Made by a program: the position numbers and the translations under genes
Source: Epiperipatus broadwayi
Lineage: Eukaryota > Animalia > Onychophora
Assembly (NCBI GenBank): GCA_028023455.1
Contig: JAQFVV010000006.1
Coordinates: 17,422,001-17,486,000 of the forward strand
DNA length: 64,000 nucleotides
Direction of reading: 5' to 3'
In this document: positions 12,204 through 25,724 of the stretch, in pieces
How the letters are laid out: every line of letters begins with the position of its first letter
How positions within the stretch are numbered: position 1 is the stretch's first letter
The notes under the pieces: model-generated
What the model was told of the DNA's origin: nothing
Database searches by the model: none
What the model saw: only the letters and a program-made list of their open reading frames with translations

Positions 12204-13627
12204 TATTATGAGTAACAGCCAAAATTTGTGGTAGAAGAAAAAAAATATTTGTTTTTGTACATATTATTAAAGTTTAGCATGTGTTGTTGATTATATTAGT
12301 CATAAAAAATTAATGTTAGTAGAATACAGTGCAATATGGCATCAGTAAGGAAATATATTAGCAGCCAAGCATAAAAGGATATGGCCAATAATTCCACAAA
12401 ATGAGAAAGACCAAGGACAAAAAGATTAAAGATGAATTTTATGTTAATTTTACAATTCATTTATGAAACATGTATGCCCATACCTATTTTAAAGTGGTCC
12501 TTTATTTTATTTATTTGAGATATTGCTGTACTGTTTTTGAACTTGTGCATCGAAGATTTTTATTTTAAAGAAACTTCTAATCATATTCTCTTATTAATGA
12601 AACCAATCAGTAATGCTTCTTACTAAAGTGTTTTTAATGAATGTCTGCTTATGATGAAAATCACATAGAACTTCAAAACAAAATACTTTTTAGTAAAGCT
12701 GCCACTTTGTGTTTATTTCTGTGAAGATATGCCTTTATTATAGGGGATTTAATAGTACCACATTTAGCAAACTGAAGAACATATCTTCTTATTCAGTCAT
12801 CCTGTTTTTAGAGTATTTATGGAAGATTGTTGAATGAAATTTTTTGAATATATATATTGAAAGAGGATTCATGACCCATTTTAATACAATAAATTAGGCA
12901 GAATAACAGGGTTAGATACAAATTAAGGTAGAATTATTTATATTTCTTGAGTGAACTGATCTTTTAACTTTCTAAATCTGGGCCACACTTGTGTTTTTGT
13001 GACTAAATAGATATTTAAACTGATTTACAAGTTGATATCCGAACCAAATATTGCTGAATGCCCCTCCCCCCATTTTATTATTGATTAATAAAACATTCAA
13101 ATTTTTGAATGGTAAAATCAGGTTTGAGAGTTTGCATTCAGTACATTAGAATTATGTGAAGCTTCTCCTTCAAATTGGCAGGAATATTTAAAAGCCAAGA
13201 CGAAGTCTGTTTTTGCTTTTAATTGATACAAATTTTATGAAATTGCTTATGAACTGTTTTTGAATTCCAATGTTATAAAGAAGAAAAATAAAGTTGGAAT
13301 CGGTGCAGATCTTTACTTAACACCCGTTTTTACTTCAAATATCTCAACTTTTTATCAAGCCTTAATAAGTTTTCATTTTATCATGAAGACACTGTAATAT
13401 GACTAAACTTTGATGGAAACAGGGCTGCATATTGTTTTGATTAATTGAGTCACATACCTAAATAAATTGATAAATAACATAAAAATCAAGCCAACGGTTA
13501 CTCTGCTCACAAATTTTTTCAGCAAGAAAAACAATGTCTATAGTGACTTTTTGATTTTGTAAAACCACATTGAGTTTTTGGTAAATCTTGGAAGTGCTTT
13601 TACTGAGTCAATAACAATGATATATGA

Positions 13628-13933
13628 TAATTATATAGGGTTTGAACTCAGACTTTCACATGACGCTCAACCATCCAAGCTATCTCATACCGTTGATACA
13701 CTTGATCACACATGTGTCGAAAAGATAAATAATCACCAATATATGTATTTCGTGTTAAACCAGCACTCGTCAGTATTGGTCCAGATTATCATTTTCACAC
13801 ATATATACAATCAAAGCTCAGCTTATTTTAAGATAGCCAATCTTCATACTTTAATGGACAGGCTTCAAACCACTCCACCCCACAATTCTTCAGCGGTCCA
13901 TTTCATTGAAAATCTGATAATGGACATGAAACT
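13628..13933 (-). mobile_element. Family A, copy 3 (solo arm)
   Basis: Starts taattatatagggtttgaactcagactttc and aligns to the left arms of copies 1, 2 and 4; no partner arm seen. Confidence 0.85.
13731..13787 (-). ncRNA. Type I hammerhead ribozyme, family A, core intact with some stem mismatches
   Basis: Minus strand reads CCAAUA CUGACGA GUGCUG-guu-UAACAC GAAA UACAUA UA UUGG. Confidence 0.7.
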
Positions 13934-16900
13934 ATAGAAATATTCTTAAGATCACCTGAATATATATTATAATTAACCGTTGAATAGTTTTGAAGCTGAC
14001 ATATTGTTACTATATTTTAAAACTTATCCAGGGATCTCATCTTATTCTTTAGTTTTTCCATTGTTAGAATTAAAAATGAACCATTTTAATACCTGATCAT
14101 ATCTAAATGAATCATTAAGATGAATACATAATTGAAAGCAGCTGTTTGAATTTTTGTATTATTATTCAAGCAATATCAAAATACTATAGCAACAATATAT
14201 ATAAAATGGTGTCATTCACTGATTTAATACATTTTAGTATATCATATTTTACATTTGTTACTTTCACTATTTCAAATAAAAAGATTTAAAGTCTCCACCA
14301 TTATCAGTTGATTCTACCATTTGTAGTTTTAATCCTTCAGTCATTTTCAATATTCTTGGCAGTTTTTGAACTTATGGTTTTTAAATCTTTGTGTTGTTTA
14401 TGAATCACTGTATTTGCTGTATTATTCTACTAAGCTCAGAATGCTCTATGTTTTATTTTTATAAAGTTATTAATGATATTATCGTTGTCAAAGAACTAGT
14501 CAATATATATATATTACTCGTGTTCGTAACATTCTCTCGATGAACGTAAAAATCCAGATTGATGATTTTAATGTTTAATAGTCAGTTCCACATTAAATCA
14601 TTTCACGATGTTCAACAGTTCGACTCTTTTTGCATTGCTTATGAGCTTATGGTATATTTTGTGCAAACAGCTATAATGCAAATGTTTTTTTAAGACTGCT
14701 AGACATTTCAAAACTGTAAACGGGAGTTGGTATCAAAAAAGCATAGAAGGGATATAATTTTGAAAGATGTTAACACCTGTTGAAATTTAGCATGAATACT
14801 GAAGAATTGACCTCAAATTTATTACCATTATGTTTGGAATAGATCCATTTTTAATGCAGTTATTTTAATTGGGACATAATGATCTACGATCATTTTTAGA
14901 ATCTTGCATCTATAAAAAAAATAATAATAATAATTTCAACTTTATTTTTTAATTATAGCATAGTCTATAAAATAACATTATTTTAAACATGGATGCGTCA
15001 TATTCAATATTGTGTGAGTTTTTAGAACTAGTGCCATTTGTATCTGCTGTTAGCCATATCTATTGCTATCAATATGTGGATAAGAAATTTTCGGTATTTT
15101 TAATGGCCTTGACACAATAATGCTGTTCAAAAAGTATGGAAAGCGTTCTTTTTTAGAATTTTCAAAATGTAATGAAGAACATGGTCACAGATACTACAAT
15201 ACAAAGCAGTTTTCAAAATCATTAGATTTTTATTGATGCAATACCATACAGTCTCTTTTCACTCAATGGTTTAACATTTTTAAAAAAATGCATCTACTTA
15301 TTCATTTAAAATTTTTTCCTTGAGATATGAATTTCTCTAAAAGTTGTTTACTATTTGAAAATTTTGACTCTTCCTTAGTTGTCGTTATTATTTGTATTTT
15401 GGAAATCAAACAAATTTTGCACATTCCTTATATCAAGGTTTATATAAAAAAATAATATTCATTATGATTACTTCCTGCTGCGACCTTATTACCACATTAC
15501 AAGTATTTTGATCGAGAGGGTGATTTTTAGAGATCACTTTTGGTTGGATCTTTTGCTTTTGTAAATTCAATATATTAAGTTTTATTGATGTCAATTTTAA
15601 GTTTTATATGTTTTCCAATTAAATAAAAATATTTTAAAATTATAACATAAATCTGTTACGATCAAATTATTGTGTTTTGATTAAGAATACTCAAATTCAG
15701 AAAATCTAAGCACTGCGTAAACGATTTATGTGAAGCATATATTTTATTTCATTTAATGATGATCACTTAAACATTTGCAATAAATTTTACTGCTCTAATG
15801 GCAGATGTATATATCTGTATGTGATTTAGAAAGATACAATTCATGAAATATAATTGTGTAGAGATTTAAAATGTTAATGTGGGTTATTATTCTTTTAGAT
15901 CATTTAATAAGTGAAAATCCCAACCAGTTTCAAATTTTTTATTGTTCGGTGTGCTCTTTATGCCATATCACAACTAAATATTCTTATTTTGCTAAACTTT
16001 TCTGCATTTTTGCTTTTTCAATGCCAAAAGTTTAGCGTATTTACATACTCTTTTTTTTTAATGTGCATATAATTAAAAGATAAAAATGTATATACAAGAT
16101 GTAATCTCATTGTCACAGATAATGTAAAGAGATAACCAATAGCTTGAAAGTTTTATGATTACTAGATTAAATACTAAATTAAATGATTATGAAAAGTAAG
16201 GTAAAAATTAGAAGAAAAAAAGAGAAATGCATGGAAACAAGACTGTAATGACTACATTAAAAATATATAAGCCAACATCTTATAAGATTTTTAATACACA
16301 CAGTTAACCCTTCTACCTGATTATTATTCAACTATGTTTTACTTAAGGAATGTTGTTGTTCTGATTCATCATCCGATTAATGAAATACAGATAGAATTGA
16401 AAATATGTGTTGATTATATTATATTTATTTATAAATTATGGTAATGTTAATTTTTTGAAAAAAAATAAAAAATTTAGAAAGTTGTAAAGTTTGCTATGTA
16501 TAGCAATAAAAATAAATTGTTGTCATTAAAATTATTATGATTTTTAACATCATCACTGGACAATAGACCATAGCTAAAGCAAAATATGTACATGCCGGAA
16601 TTAAGAAAAGTTATAATAATTCAATGAAATGGATCAAATTTTCTTTCATTATTTTTATAAGGGGAAATGATTGATTTGCAGCTATCTTTGATTTAATAGA
16701 ATGCATTACAAAATATTACATCCTTATTTATTTGTTCTTAAAAATTCACTTGATACTGGCTTTCAATGGTAAAGCATACTAATACTTAAGTAAGTATAGC
16801 TATAGTTTATGCCATTTGAATATGCTTTTTAACTTCACATCAACACAAATTGTATATAATTCAGTTAATTATAATATTGACTATAAATCTAAGAAAAATG

Positions 16901-18535
16901 TTAATTTATGAAATTGCTTTGCTTTTATAAATATTGTTATTTAAAATAAGAAAAAAAGTTAATTTTGAACAATAATTATAATATGAAATGTCATTGTGTA
17001 TGTTATTGAGCTAACCATGCTTGTATGTGTGCATGCATGTGATAAACAAAGCTTTGTAAAGGATTTGCTATCTCAAAATCTTTTATATTTATTACATTTT
17101 ATTTTATAAGTTTCATTACCTAACAAAGAAACATGAAAGAAATAATCCCCATGGTGATTTGCTCAATTGGCTATGTCATGCCCCCATACCAGAAGTAACA
17201 CATTTAGCTTCAAACCAAAAACTTTTTGGTCTAGAGTTCCATCTCTTAATCACCATACTAAACTGAATAAGGCATCACTTGGATATTCACTTGACATTTT
17301 GAATTTGAAATTGTATTATTGGTATTGAGTCTAAGCACCATTTTCATAACTATATGTCCTTGTGAGTTTGATTTCTATTTAAAGCCATTTCTATCTGATA
17401 GTCTATAATGTTATAAAGCAAATCGTAAGTATAGACTATTGTTACACCTGTTTGTTTATGCCCTATTTTATATTTTAATAGCAATATAGCAAAGGTTTGA
17501 AATAGTCATATGTATCATTTGAATGAAGATTCCAATCCAATGGTACCATTAGGAATTAATATGTTGTGACACATTTAATTAAATTGTGAATTATCCAATT
17601 CAGTGTCATTTATGTGCTACTTGCTTTAGCCAAAGACAGAAAGGTGTGTTGTTTTTATTTCTGTTATATATAAATTATTTATATTTATATAAAAGATCAT
17701 AAAGTTTAGGCTATTAATACAATGATTTATTTACTATCAATTTTATATTTAAATGGAAATGCAGCAAGATTTTGGACAAATTTGCCTTTATGTCTTATTG
17801 AAGATGCAAATCCAATTATACTATCTAGAATTTATACATTTTAAAGCAGTCCCCTAAGTTATGAATAATATATATAAGAGTTTGGTTATTACTTACCTCA
17901 AGATGACATATTTTGATATTGCACAGTAGGAGCACAGATATCAACAGTCTCAATACAGCAGATATTGTGAAATTGTACAACAGTATCACTGGACCTACCC
18001 TTAATTCTAAATCTTTGCATGGATATAAAAAACTGCAGATAATAATAATAGTTGGTACACATTGTAAAATGTACATTTTAACACATGAACATTTTAAACT
18101 TAAGTATATACATATCTGTGGTATAATTTAATATAAAAATTGTACAAAAATGAGACAAACACAATAAAGCAGTTATGAAGAAGTCAATGGAATAAGAAAT
18201 TGAGAAACTTTAGTCAAATCTAGATAAGTATATCACAAAAAAATAAAATGTCCCATTTTTCATCTTTATTTATTTATTATTATGGTGAAAATTCATGATA
18301 ATGAAATATAAGAGATATTATGAGTAACTGTTGCATCTTCAGTATAGACTCAATATTTTTTTGATGTTTACCTGAATATTTTTTCTACTAAAGTCTTCAC
18401 ATGGATTCAATACTTTCAGCTGTCAGTATATTTTTTACTTTCTTTCTGTTCATATTTTTTGTCCAGAAATTTAACGTTTTTCCAATTTTCATTAAATACT
18501 TATCACATAGTTTTGTAGATGTAACTTTATAGCTT

Positions 18536-18783
18536 CAACTATATATCTTATTAAATAATCACCATCTTCTTACACCTTTAAGCAAATAATGTTTATTGTA
18601 TAATCACAGTTTCAACTGCTTCTCGCAGTCTTCTTCAGATCTCAATCTATTCCTTTCCCTTTCCACCATTTTATTTTATCTGAATTAAGACTGTGAGGAA
18701 CAGTCGAAACTGTTATTATATAATAAACATTATTTGCTTAAAGATGTAACATGATGATTATTATTTAATAAGATATATAGTTG
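18536..18783. mobile_element. Foldback family B, HHR-like motif in each arm
   Basis: 18536-18640 is the reverse complement of 18678-18783 with a 37-nt spacer. No similarity to family A seen. Confidence 0.85.
18604..18640 (-). ncRNA. Minimal hammerhead-like motif, family B left arm
   Basis: CUGAAGA A GACUGC-gagaa-GCAGUU GAAA CUGUGA. The right-arm homolog at 18678-18714 (plus) is cugaauua a GACUGU-gagga-ACAGUC GAAA CUGUU. Stem II covaries; stems I and III are poor. Confidence 0.55.
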
Positions 18784-19192
18784 TATATGAATAAGCAAAA
18801 TTACTGAAGAAGGAAGAAGTATATATAGAATTATATAGTTTCAATGCAGTTTTTTCCTCCATATATTATTATATCGTGGATTAATATTTTTATTGTGCAT
18901 TTTTGTAGTAGCGTCAGACTCAAAATAATATTATTCACAATCTAACATATATAAAATGGAAAGATCTTTCAACATTAGAAATATAAAACAGAAATTCTAA
19001 AACATCGTGTGCGAAATATTTATAATAGAAATATCCAAAACCTATGTTAACTTTTGCATGACCAAACCCTGTAATTAAAGTGAGACCATCCTTGCAAAAT
19101 TTAATTTTCATTTACATGATTTCAACTTGAGTGATATTTTTATGCCATTACAACTATTTGTTAAATTTATTACTAAAATTAATTTTGATAGG

Positions 19193-20468
19193 CACCTGGG
19201 TCTCATTTTATGCCATAGATAGATTCCTCAGAAAATGTGCACAAAAATAGACTTATCTTATCTTGAAAAATGAGGGATACGTACTGTAATTTTCAAAAAT
19301 TGCATAAAAGCAAGGCAACAATGTAAAATTACTTAAAATTTGCATAAAAAAAATAAGGAAATAAAATATGACTAATAAAAAAATTTTAATTTGAAAAAAA
19401 TTGATACAAGACAAACTTTTTTTACTTTTTTTATTAACTACAGTATTTAATTTTATTCAAAACAATATATTTTTTTGTGTAATTTACAATATTTTACATT
19501 TTTTTATACATGTACAGTATTTTAATCATTATCGCTATTTGACGATATGCAGGTCGGGTAAGACATCAGATTTGATGCAAGAGGAAATACAACTAGCGCC
19601 AACTTCAGTTTTTTAATTGTTCTTATAGTGGACTCGCCCAAACTAAAATGTTTTTCAATCGCTGTTGATCCTTCCATTTCGCTGAGTGATCTAAAATTGA
19701 AATTTTTGTTTTCAAAGAAATTCATTTTTTAAGTGTTTTTTCCTCTCCATTAGGGTAAACTAAAAGTTTAAAATAAAAATAAGAACTTAGACTTAGGATA
19801 ATAAAAAGACACCTACTCACCATTGTTGGGCAAAATTTAATTAAAACTAACAATTAAAAATTAAATTCTTATTTTTGTCTGTAATTTTTTAATTTTCAAT
19901 TCTGTTTAAAAATCAAATTTCATTGTTTCACATCATATTAATTTCAGATCACATTATGTAATTTTTAAATTGTTAATTACAATTAAAAATCAGATTTTAA
20001 TTTTTAATTGTCAAATTTAATTGTGCCCGCCGCTGTTAGCTTTTAAAAATAAACGTGCGGACACTAAATGATTAATTGATTACGTACTCTTTTTTTAAAA
20101 AAGCAAAAATAGAATGTGATTTAAAATGCAAAAACAATGTGCATAGTATAGGTATCTATAATGTTTGAACATATTTATTATTATAATCTTGTAAAATTTA
20201 ATGTGTATATAAAATGGGGAAATCCTGATTTTAAGTGAATTATGAACTTCTTTATTGCATAAAATCTATTACAGTACTATTATAAAGCACTGAAAATATT
20301 GAAATTACTAGATTGAAGTCAAACTCAGATAATGCGCTATTACTTTAAATATGACGTGTGAGTGCATGAAATTTATCATATTTAAAGGAATTTTTAGCAC
20401 ATACAAAGATATTAAAAAGAAACACGAATTACATTTAAAAAATCCGGGCATAAAACGAGACGCAGGTG
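19193..20468 (-). mobile_element. pogo/Tigger-like (Tc1/mariner superfamily) deletion derivative, copy 1
   Basis: TIRs cacctgggtctcattttatgcc / gggcataaaacgagacgcaggtg followed by TA. The minus-strand frame 19522-19725 has AIEKHFSLGESTIRTIKK, resembling the CENP-B/pogo N-terminal HTH. Confidence 0.8.
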
Positions 20469-20949
20469 TAATTAAAAGAAAGGAAAAATGATAAAAATCC
20501 TAAATTTATTTAATAACTTTTTTATAGTGAGAACATTGTAATTTCTCCCCTATTATATAAAAAATATATTTATTTTTTTTTAAAAAAATGTTTAAAATTA
20601 TCAAAGACAATCTGAAAATAAAAATAATAAACCTTTTCCAAATAAAATATGAGCAAATGTCACTATTTCAAGAAAATTGAGTTTTGTCATTTAACCGTTG
20701 AATTGCAGAGCTTTATATTTTGCTGTAATAAAAACTTACCAATAATATGAAAGTATTTACACATGATTGCAGTAGAAATACCGATACTAGATCATCTCAA
20801 ATTTTGTGTGAGCTGTATCATCTCCCACAAAGTTAAGTGCTAGAATAATTTCAAGAAGAATTGGAGTTTGCCATAAAATTGAAAGTCTAACTTCTTTAAA
20901 TTTTCAACTTATGAAATAGACCATATGTTTGAACGCGAATATTTCAACA

Positions 20950-21780
20950 ATAACGCCAATATTGATAGGATTACACTTTCAGGATATACAAAATAATTTC
21001 ATAAGCACTATTTTGTGAACTAAAACATCACGGTTAAGAGATTAAAAATAAATGGACATTACTTAAATCATCTGGACCTCGTATATGTTGCAATTTCTTT
21101 TCACAAGTAATGCTTCAGAGAATATTGCACATGGGATCAGTGAAAGCTTGAATATTAGTTGACAGATAGATATTAAAAAGTTGTAATGGTCACTACCTTT
21201 TCAGAAAGAGTTAAAATAAAAATTGATAGTAAGGAAGTAAAATAAATTAACAATTATAATTATTAATACAGAAGGAAGCATAAAGAATTACATTTATCAT
21301 CATTTTTTTTTTAGAAACATATGCCATGTGTTGAATTAATTTTTTTTAAACAAATTTGTTTTGCTTACCTAGGGTCTAAGTATTGGTTTCTTACCAGAAG
21401 AACAATACAGAAATTTCTGACCACCCAGTGAAATATGAAGAGGTTCACTTGAAAACAGGGAAGTGGGTATTTCAAAATGCATTCAGAGAAAAAGAGATTG
21501 ATCTAATCTCTGGGCTAGTAAATGGTTGCAATATAATTGAGCTTAAGGTAAAGATGCACTGATAGGAATGATACTTGAAAATATATATAACTGATATCTT
21601 TGGGGAAAAAATTAAGTGGATAATTGAAGTGGACATATTGCTACAAGATTTTCAGCAGATTGATATCTTAAGCCTTGAATTGGTTCCTCAAGAGATGGTA
21701 AAAAATATAGAAGAAGCCTATATAAGAGATGAGTGATGACATGGAATGATATTAAGAAGAGAAATTATGTGTCTGAGAAA
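20950..21780 (+). mobile_element. Highly decayed RTE-like LINE fragments
   Basis: INGHYLNHL-like RT segment at about 21045-21080 and GHIATR...ALNW...DD 3' segment at about 21630-21740. Confidence 0.4.
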
Positions 21781-24072
21781 TTTGGAGATATTTTCATCCT
21801 ATAGTGAATTGATACTGTTTGAAAACCATAAAATGATGAGTGACTCAAATTTTATTTAATTAAGTAATTTCTTGTTGCTTGGTCACAAAATTTATTTTGT
21901 AGCTCCCTCCCCCCTTGTCTTGTTTTGTTTGGATATTTAAATTTAAAGTAAAATGAAAATCAATCACATCCATATACAAGGTCAGTTTTAGATCTTTTAA
22001 TGACTGGTTTTGTGTGTTAATGTTTTGTGGCTTTTAAAAACTAATAATTATTTCTCGATTTGAAGTTAACATATGTTATTGATTATAATTCTGTTGGATC
22101 ATTTTCATAGAGAAGTATTTTGATGAGATTCATCGTATAATTAAACTTTGCTCTTATCCATTATTTTTACCTTTCTGTGAATCTGAAAAAGTTTGAGCAG
22201 CAAAACATTTGGAAGTATGGACAGCAAGATTAGATTAGATCTGAACATTGACTTTAAAGTAATTATGATATCAGAAATCTTACTACTACATATAATATTT
22301 TAAGTCTCTCCCTTGAAATAAGTTGAATAAGTAAACAATAGAATATTCAGGTTAAACAGTAATGCTTGATCATCATCATCAGTGATAATTTGCCACTTAT
22401 TGGATTTAGAGATACATCTATAGATTTAATGAATTCTTTACAACATTAATAATTATAATACAGTAATCACTTCTCCTCCTATATTCACAGTTGTCTATTT
22501 CAAGCCTTCCTGTGATATCTGAAACTGAGAATAATACTCCATCCTTAGGTAATAAATGTTTTTTAACATCATATCTATGATACAGCATAATTATACACAC
22601 TAAATCACCAATATAAATAATTAAGTCAAAATTCAAACACTACAATTATGATAAAGATAGTAGATGGATAAATTGAGATGAGTAACCATATGATTGTAAC
22701 ATGAAGAAATGGCTAGCTAATAGATAATTTATGATGCTACTTCTATAGGCAGATATACAATATAATGAATTTAAATTTATATATTTCTATTTCTTTTTTT
22801 TTTTAAATTTCCAATTATTGAAATTGTGTATAGGAGTCAGCATATAGGCCATGACTGTATTGAAAGACCAAATAATTATTTATAGACATGTTCATGTCTT
22901 AAAAGGTTATTAATGAAAGAAGTGGGTATTGAAGAATTTGATAAACTGAACAGTTGATATGTCATTAAAAAAAAATGTCTTTGGTAATATTGCCAATCGT
23001 TGATCAATCTAATATTAATAAGATGTGTGAAAGTAACTGAAAAGAATAATACCAGAATGACAGGTAGGAATTCTATTTCAAATTATACAAAAAAATCCTC
23101 TCTCGGTGTGCCATTTGCTTTATTCTTAATGATAATAATTATGTATGAACAGAGATGTAATAGTCATTCTGTGAGTTGGAGTTTCTATTTTGTTTATAAT
23201 TTTAATGAGGAAATGGTTTAATTTTGTAGATCTTACCCTATAACTGTGCGTGTCTATTGCGGGTACAGCAGAAAGAGATACACTCATTATATTAATAGCG
23301 ATTTGCTTTTATTACTAAATCTTATTGCCATTCGAAATGTTTCTTTTCTAAAATGCCAATTTAAATGTTTAAGTGCAAAAGAAATATGCAATATAAAAAT
23401 AATTAATGTAATATTTTAATAATTTTTTAGTGTTATTGTTTATGTGGAGTTGTTAAACTGCCTATATAATAACAGACTCCGGTTATTTATTAAGGTAATT
23501 GAAAATTTACACTACTTAATGAAACTGTTTTTGATATATTGCCATCTGGTGAGTTTTCGTATTACTAGATATTATTATTTTAAATAAAATTTTATTAAAG
23601 TTATTTTCTTACTGGGGTGTATTGTTTATCTTTACGTAGTGGGTTAAATGATTCTAATTTATTTATTATTTGTTTTTCTAATATTAATTCATGTTTTGTT
23701 TCTTTTTTCGTTAACCCTCTTTTTGTTTTTTGTTTTGAATAATAAATTCATCCTTATTGAAAATAACGAATAAATGTGTTAGTTTATTTATATAATAAAA
23801 TTTTCAAAATTTAAACTTTAAAATCCATACTGGAATTTGTTTACGAAGTAGGAACTGGAATAGTAGTAAGTAGCATTAAAAGGCTATAGTAAAAATAATA
23901 GTCAAAATTATTAATTTCAGCATAAAATTGCTGAAGTTCAATTTAAATGTGCAAAATAATGAATAATTTGCACCTGATGAATACATTTCGCCAAATGTTC
24001 AAGTATTTCTGGGCTATAGTAAGAAACTGTTCTTGTTTATATACGCGCTAAAAATAATTATCTTTAATCTGA

Positions 24073-25523
24073 ACCTGTACTTACGGAAATAGCATATTAT
24101 TCAAGATATTTTTTAAACATTATGATAATAATCTCTTTATATTCTCAGAAAAGACCTTTCAGAACACCATTAACACAGCATGTACCCAGCTGCTATGGGA
24201 AAAAACATCAAATAAAATAGTCTGCATTAGTCTTCGAAAAATGCAGAAACCTAAGAATCTGAATGGTCTTGGGTTGTACGCGGTTCAAGTACTTTACATG
24301 CAACGGTTGATAGCCGTTCTGAAGGCGATAAAAGAGACAGATACAGAACATCAGATCGCCGGTATGGTAGAACCTACCAACACCCCAACACCTATAAAAA
24401 GCAAATGGGTAGAGGAAATGGAGGTCTACATGGCAGGTCTCATACCAGATACAGGTCAGCTATTTAGCAACAAGAAAACATATTGGTACACATTCAATTA
24501 CATGTATCCCAGCCAGCAAAAAACCCCAGGAAGATTAGATATATCCATAAGGTCACTGGTTAGGAAAACTAGATCTTGGGCCATGGAGCCCAGATTAATG
24601 AATTTTATTATCAAATATCAACTCACTGCACTTCCCATGAGGCAATTTATGGTTCACTGCAGAGGATTCAAAAACGTTGCTTCAATATGCGCCCTCTGTG
24701 GTGAAGATGAAGCGACAATGAACCATATATTTTCTCACTGCAAGAAATTCATGGATCTTGAAAAAAGACTGTATTCTAGTGTGCGGTCAGGATTTGCCTC
24801 AATACTGGATATGTGTAAAGCAATGGTGAGTGGTACTTTGGCTACAATCCAGATTGCTATCATAATACTATTTACAAAATGATCACCAGGTGTCACCTCG
24901 TAATCCAATCCAACATAAATAGACCATGGGAGGTGTTCAAGGAACTCATGTGTAATTTAAGAACTAGAGATCAGCTAATGGCCCTGGCTAAACTGTTTTC
25001 TGATACCTGGGAGCAGATGGCTCTAGACCATATACCAAATATTGCTACAAAAATCCTGTCCAAACTATAGAGATGGATGCTGAAGCTGTGCTGTGCTGTA
25101 GTAAGTGTGGTAACCATGAATGGTGGTCTAAATGCACCACTGCGGTTGAAAAAATTGCAGAAATCAGTGGGCCCTTTACATTTGCAGATTCATGTCTGCA
25201 AGGGATGACAGCACTCCTAAAATGCAAATAGTGACATGGTGCATCTGACAAACCTTGTTTTTAATCATTCAATAGCTAGGGTGCCATAAATAAATCAGTC
25301 TAGCTATACAATAATTGATGATTGGGGATCCCATGAACTCTAGTTACTGCACAGGGGTGTGCCCACGCAGACAAAAGCACAGGACTCAATACAACCAGGT
25401 CCTTTGTGTGGGCAGAGCAATGCAGCAGGACACCTGTGAATCCTTAATTTCAAGTAATATTATGTACCATAATTCATGTAAACTTCCAAAATAAATTTAT
25501 TTCTTAATAATAATAAAAAATAA
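24073..25523 (+). mobile_element. 5'-truncated L1/Tx1-like LINE (ORF2 C-terminus plus 3'UTR)
   Basis: QLLWEK...QKPKNLNGLGL (typical PKxxGGLG motif) and CALCGEDEATMNHIFSHC zinc knuckle. Frameshift at about 24880, GC-richer 3'UTR, A-rich tail at about 25490-25523. Confidence 0.85.
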
Positions 25524-25724
25524 AGAGATTAATTTTGGAGGAATTGTTTTATTTCTAGATTATCGAGTCTAAATGGTTATAGAAATTGTTTAAAATGTTA
25601 GCAATTCACATTTCTTATGTCCAAAGTAGTTATTTAATATATTAATCCGTATTCTCAACAGATTTATGCTATATATGTGCTTGTATTTAATTTATATAGT
25701 ATATCCATTATAGTTTGCTCCAAT

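Noticed and set aside
17896-23290. Alternative minus-strand exon chain (23237, 22565, 21397 and 17896 regions)
   Set aside because: Donors look good but phases do not chain consistently and one segment overlaps a plus-strand candidate; unresolvable without RNA data.
23975-24010. CTGATGA followed by hairpin acattt-cgcc-aaatgt
   Set aside because: No GAAA after the stem and no stem I pairing.
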